This document shows positions 61,827-64,000 of a stretch of DNA of 64,000 nt, one piece after another. Under the pieces are notes generated by a model. That model was given only the letters and a program-made list of their open reading frames with translations, was not told the DNA's origin and searched no databases. The stretch spans positions 219,393 through 283,392 of the forward strand of contig JAQURC010000002.1 in NCBI GenBank assembly GCA_028715785.1, in the 5' to 3' direction. How positions within the stretch are numbered: the first letter of the stretch is position 1; each line of letters begins with the position of its first letter. This stretch comes from Candidatus Omnitrophota bacterium. GTDB lineage: Bacteria; Omnitrophota; Gorgyraeia; Gygaellales; Profunditerraquicolaceae. The translations under genes and the position numbers were made by a program.

Positions 61827-63188
61827 ATGGGTAAACGCTTGATCTTAGTATTAGCGCTTGCTTTGATAGTCGGCCTGACATTTAGCGCCGCCTATGCCGA
61901 AGTGCAAAATGTAAAAGTAAGTGGAGACATCTTAGTAAGTGGCGTAAATAGAAACCATTTTAACTTAAATAATGGAAACGCGGCCAAAAGCGACAAGAGC
62001 GTTCTAAAACAGAACTTCTTAATGTCCCAGGTCAGATTACGCGTTGATGCAGATCTTACTGACAATGTCATGGCAACAGTAAGACTGATCAATGAAAGGA
62101 TCTGGAACGGGCAGAACGATTCCGGAGCCGCCAGCACCAATAGCGGAGAGATTGATTTGGATCTGGCTTATGTTACTTTAAAAGAATTCTTGTATTCTCC
62201 TTTAACTTTAACCGTAGGCCGCCAGGAAATCAAATTCGGTAATGGTTTGGTTATTGGCAATGCAAAAGTAGTTGGCACCTCATCAAGCATTCCCACTGAC
62301 TTAACGGAAAGAAAAGCTTTTGATGCCATCCGCGCAACCTTAAACTATGACCCGTTAGTCGTGGACTTAGTTTATGCTCAAACAAAACAAAGCAATTCAG
62401 TTGATAGAAACACAATCAGTTTAACCGGTATTAATGCCGCGTATGCCCTTAACAAAAAAACTGATGTTTCTGTATATTATTGGTTAAAAAAAGATAACAA
62501 CACTAACCTAAGTATCGGTACTAGCAGGCCCGATCAGCTCTCAACAGTTGGCGCTTTAATCTCTAACTCTTCAATTGAGAATTTGACTACTTCTTTAGAA
62601 GCTGCCTACCAGTTTGGAAGGAACACTGAGACAACAAATCAGAAAAAACATAATGCGTGGGCATTACAGGCAATGGCAGATTATACCTTTGCTAAAGTAA
62701 AAACAACTCCGAAGATTGGCGCTTCCTATACCTATCTTTCCGGAGGTACCACATCTCCTAATGACACAAGAAATGCCGGTTGGGATCCTTTATTCTATGA
62801 TCAAAAACTCAACAATATCGTTTACACGCTTCTGCCTTTTTCAAACATGAGTGCTTTTAATTTAAAAGGCAGCATGAAACCGGTTGATGATGTTACCGTA
62901 TCCTTAGTTTATGGATACTATGGCGTAGCGCAAAAAAACAGTGCCGCTTTTACTCTTCCTCACACCTACGATAATGGAACCAATTACTATGGTAGCGGTA
63001 CTCCTAATAGGGGGTCATATACAGGTAAATCATATCTAGGAAGCGCGCTGGATGGAACTATAACCTACGACTACACAGAAGATGTCCAGTTTGGTTTAAC
63101 CGGCGGTTATTTCCTGCCGGGTAACGCATTAACTACAGATGCAGCCAATGCAACCCAGTTAATCGGCTCAATGAAAGTAGTATTCTAA
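61827..63188 (+). CDS. Putative outer-membrane beta-barrel protein (porin-like)
   Basis: Signal peptide ending AYA-EV, alternating amphipathic strands and a C-terminal Phe (..KVVF). Preceded by a strong promoter-like region sharing a 20-mer with the groES promoter. Confidence 0.45.
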   Translation: MGKRLILVLALALIVGLTFSAAYAEVQNVKVSGDILVSGVNRNHFNLNNGNAAKSDKSVLKQNFLMSQVRLRVDADLTDNVMATVRLINERIWNGQNDSGAASTNSGEIDLDLAYVTLKEFLYSPLTLTVGRQEIKFGNGLVIGNAKVVGTSSSIPTDLTERKAFDAIRATLNYDPLVVDLVYAQTKQSNSVDRNTISLTGINAAYALNKKTDVSVYYWLKKDNNTNLSIGTSRPDQLSTVGALISNSSIENLTTSLEAAYQFGRNTETTNQKKHNAWALQAMADYTFAKVKTTPKIGASYTYLSGGTTSPNDTRNAGWDPLFYDQKLNNIVYTLLPFSNMSAFNLKGSMKPVDDVTVSLVYGYYGVAQKNSAAFTLPHTYDNGTNYYGSGTPNRGSYTGKSYLGSALDGTITYDYTEDVQFGLTGGYFLPGNALTTDAANATQLIGSMKVVF

Positions 63189-63214
63189 TAATATAACTTA
63201 TGTAGAAACACTTG

Positions 63215-63249
63215 AAACCCTCGGAGGAGCAATCCTCCGAGGGTTTTTT
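63215..63249 (+). terminator. Rho-independent terminator
   Basis: AAACCCTCGGAGGA-gcaa-TCCTCCGAGGGTTT followed by TTTT. Confidence 0.7.
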
Positions 63250-63266
63250 AATACTTTAAATCCCCC

Positions 63267-64000
63267 ATGTTAAATCTTGCCTTTATCTTCCATATGCACC
63301 AGCCGTATTATAAGGACCTCTTGACACAGGAGAGCGGCCTGCCTTGGGTCAGGCTGCACGGCGTCAAAGATTACCTGGATATGGTGCAGATCCTGGAAAA
63401 ATTCCCTAAAATAAAACAGACCTTCAACGTTGTGCCGTCTTTATTTGAACAGGTCGAAGATTATAATAACGGTAAAGTAAAGGATAAATACCTTGAGTTA
63501 AGCAGGAAACCGGCGGCGGAATTATCCAAACACGAGCAGGAATTTATCCTGCGGAATTTCTTTTCCATAAACAACGAGAAGGTGATCTCGACCTTTCCGC
63601 GCTATTACCAGCTCCACTTTAAAAAACACCATCACCTGGAATTCTTGACCCAGGATTACCTGGATTTACAGCTCCTGTTTAACCTGGCCTGGATCGATCC
63701 GTCTTTCAGGCAGAATATCCCTGAACTGAAAAAAATAGTCTTAAAAGAAAGGTTCTTTAACGAACAGGATAAAGCCATTGTCCTGGATAAACAGCTAAGC
63801 ATCTTAAAAGAGATCATCCCGGCCTATTGCCTCTTTAGACAAAATAACCAGATCGAAATCACTGTTACTCCTTATTATCATCCCATTCTGCCGCTGCTTT
63901 GCTCGACGAACACCGCCAAAGAAGCAAACCCTAAAACCGCCCTGCCCAAAGAAGAATTTCGTTATCCGCAAGATGCAAAAGATCAGATTGACAGCGCGGT
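63267..64000 (+). CDS. Glycoside hydrolase family 57 protein (alpha-amylase / 4-alpha-glucanotransferase-like), 3' end cut by the window edge
   Basis: MLNLAFIFHMHQPYY.., GVKDYLDM, TPYYHPILPLL are GH57 signature regions. The frame stays open to the window end. Not in the ORF track because no stop lies in the window. Confidence 0.8.
   Translation, partial: MLNLAFIFHMHQPYYKDLLTQESGLPWVRLHGVKDYLDMVQILEKFPKIKQTFNVVPSLFEQVEDYNNGKVKDKYLELSRKPAAELSKHEQEFILRNFFSINNEKVISTFPRYYQLHFKKHHHLEFLTQDYLDLQLLFNLAWIDPSFRQNIPELKKIVLKERFFNEQDKAIVLDKQLSILKEIIPAYCLFRQNNQIEITVTPYYHPILPLLCSTNTAKEANPKTALPKEEFRYPQDAKDQIDSA

Overview
This 64 kb window is a compact, gene-dense stretch of bacterial chromosome, almost all on the + strand, with frequent 4–20 bp overlaps between genes. 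GC looks moderate to low, roughly low 40s % by eye. Nearly all of it is core housekeeping. Identified genes are valS (5' end cut by the window), nadC, uvrB, coaX, groES-groEL behind a CIRCE/HrcA operator, aroQ-pepP-efp-accB-accC, Asp23/AmaP, pfk, gmhA-hldE, thiE-thiC, guaB-like-guaA, dnaE, hup, hisS, aspS, phoH-pgpH-ybeY-recO, panE-panB, mgtA, glyQS, ppdK, a sigma-70 family factor, apt and a GH57 glycosidase (3' end cut). There are two tRNAs, tRNA-Gly(CCC) overlapping the thiC stop and tRNA-Arg(CCT) after apt, and two small ribosomal or translation genes missed by the ORF track (rpsU, Trm112-like). Two outer-membrane beta-barrel candidates with a C-terminal Phe, plus TonB-like and ExeA/GspA-like genes, suggest a diderm cell. 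I saw no CRISPR array, integrase or transposase. The observations most worth a second look are: (i) an operon coupling an extracytoplasmic ApbE flavin transferase and a stand-alone FMN-binding domain protein to a HAMP histidine kinase and two single-domain receivers, a candidate flavin-based periplasmic redox-sensing phosphorelay; (ii) a family of conserved GC-rich palindromic intergenic elements in at least four copies, two of them identical over 54 nt at loci 27 kb apart; (iii) two large palindromes (36.1 kb and 59.1 kb) sharing the arm motif AGGGA..TTTCTATTTTTT, plus two 26-bp perfect palindromes of the form GTAG-N6-GTTTAAAC-N6-CTAC; (iv) a symmetric array of about 9 GTGTAA/TTACAC hexamers just upstream of dnaE; (v) a translationally coupled operon next to tRNA-Gly packed with nucleotide hydrolases (Arch_ATPase-like P-loop NTPase, MJ0936-type phosphoesterase, HIT, dNTP triphosphohydrolase, GAF-HD-GYP). 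All calls come from reading motifs in the supplied translations and the DNA. No database search was run.
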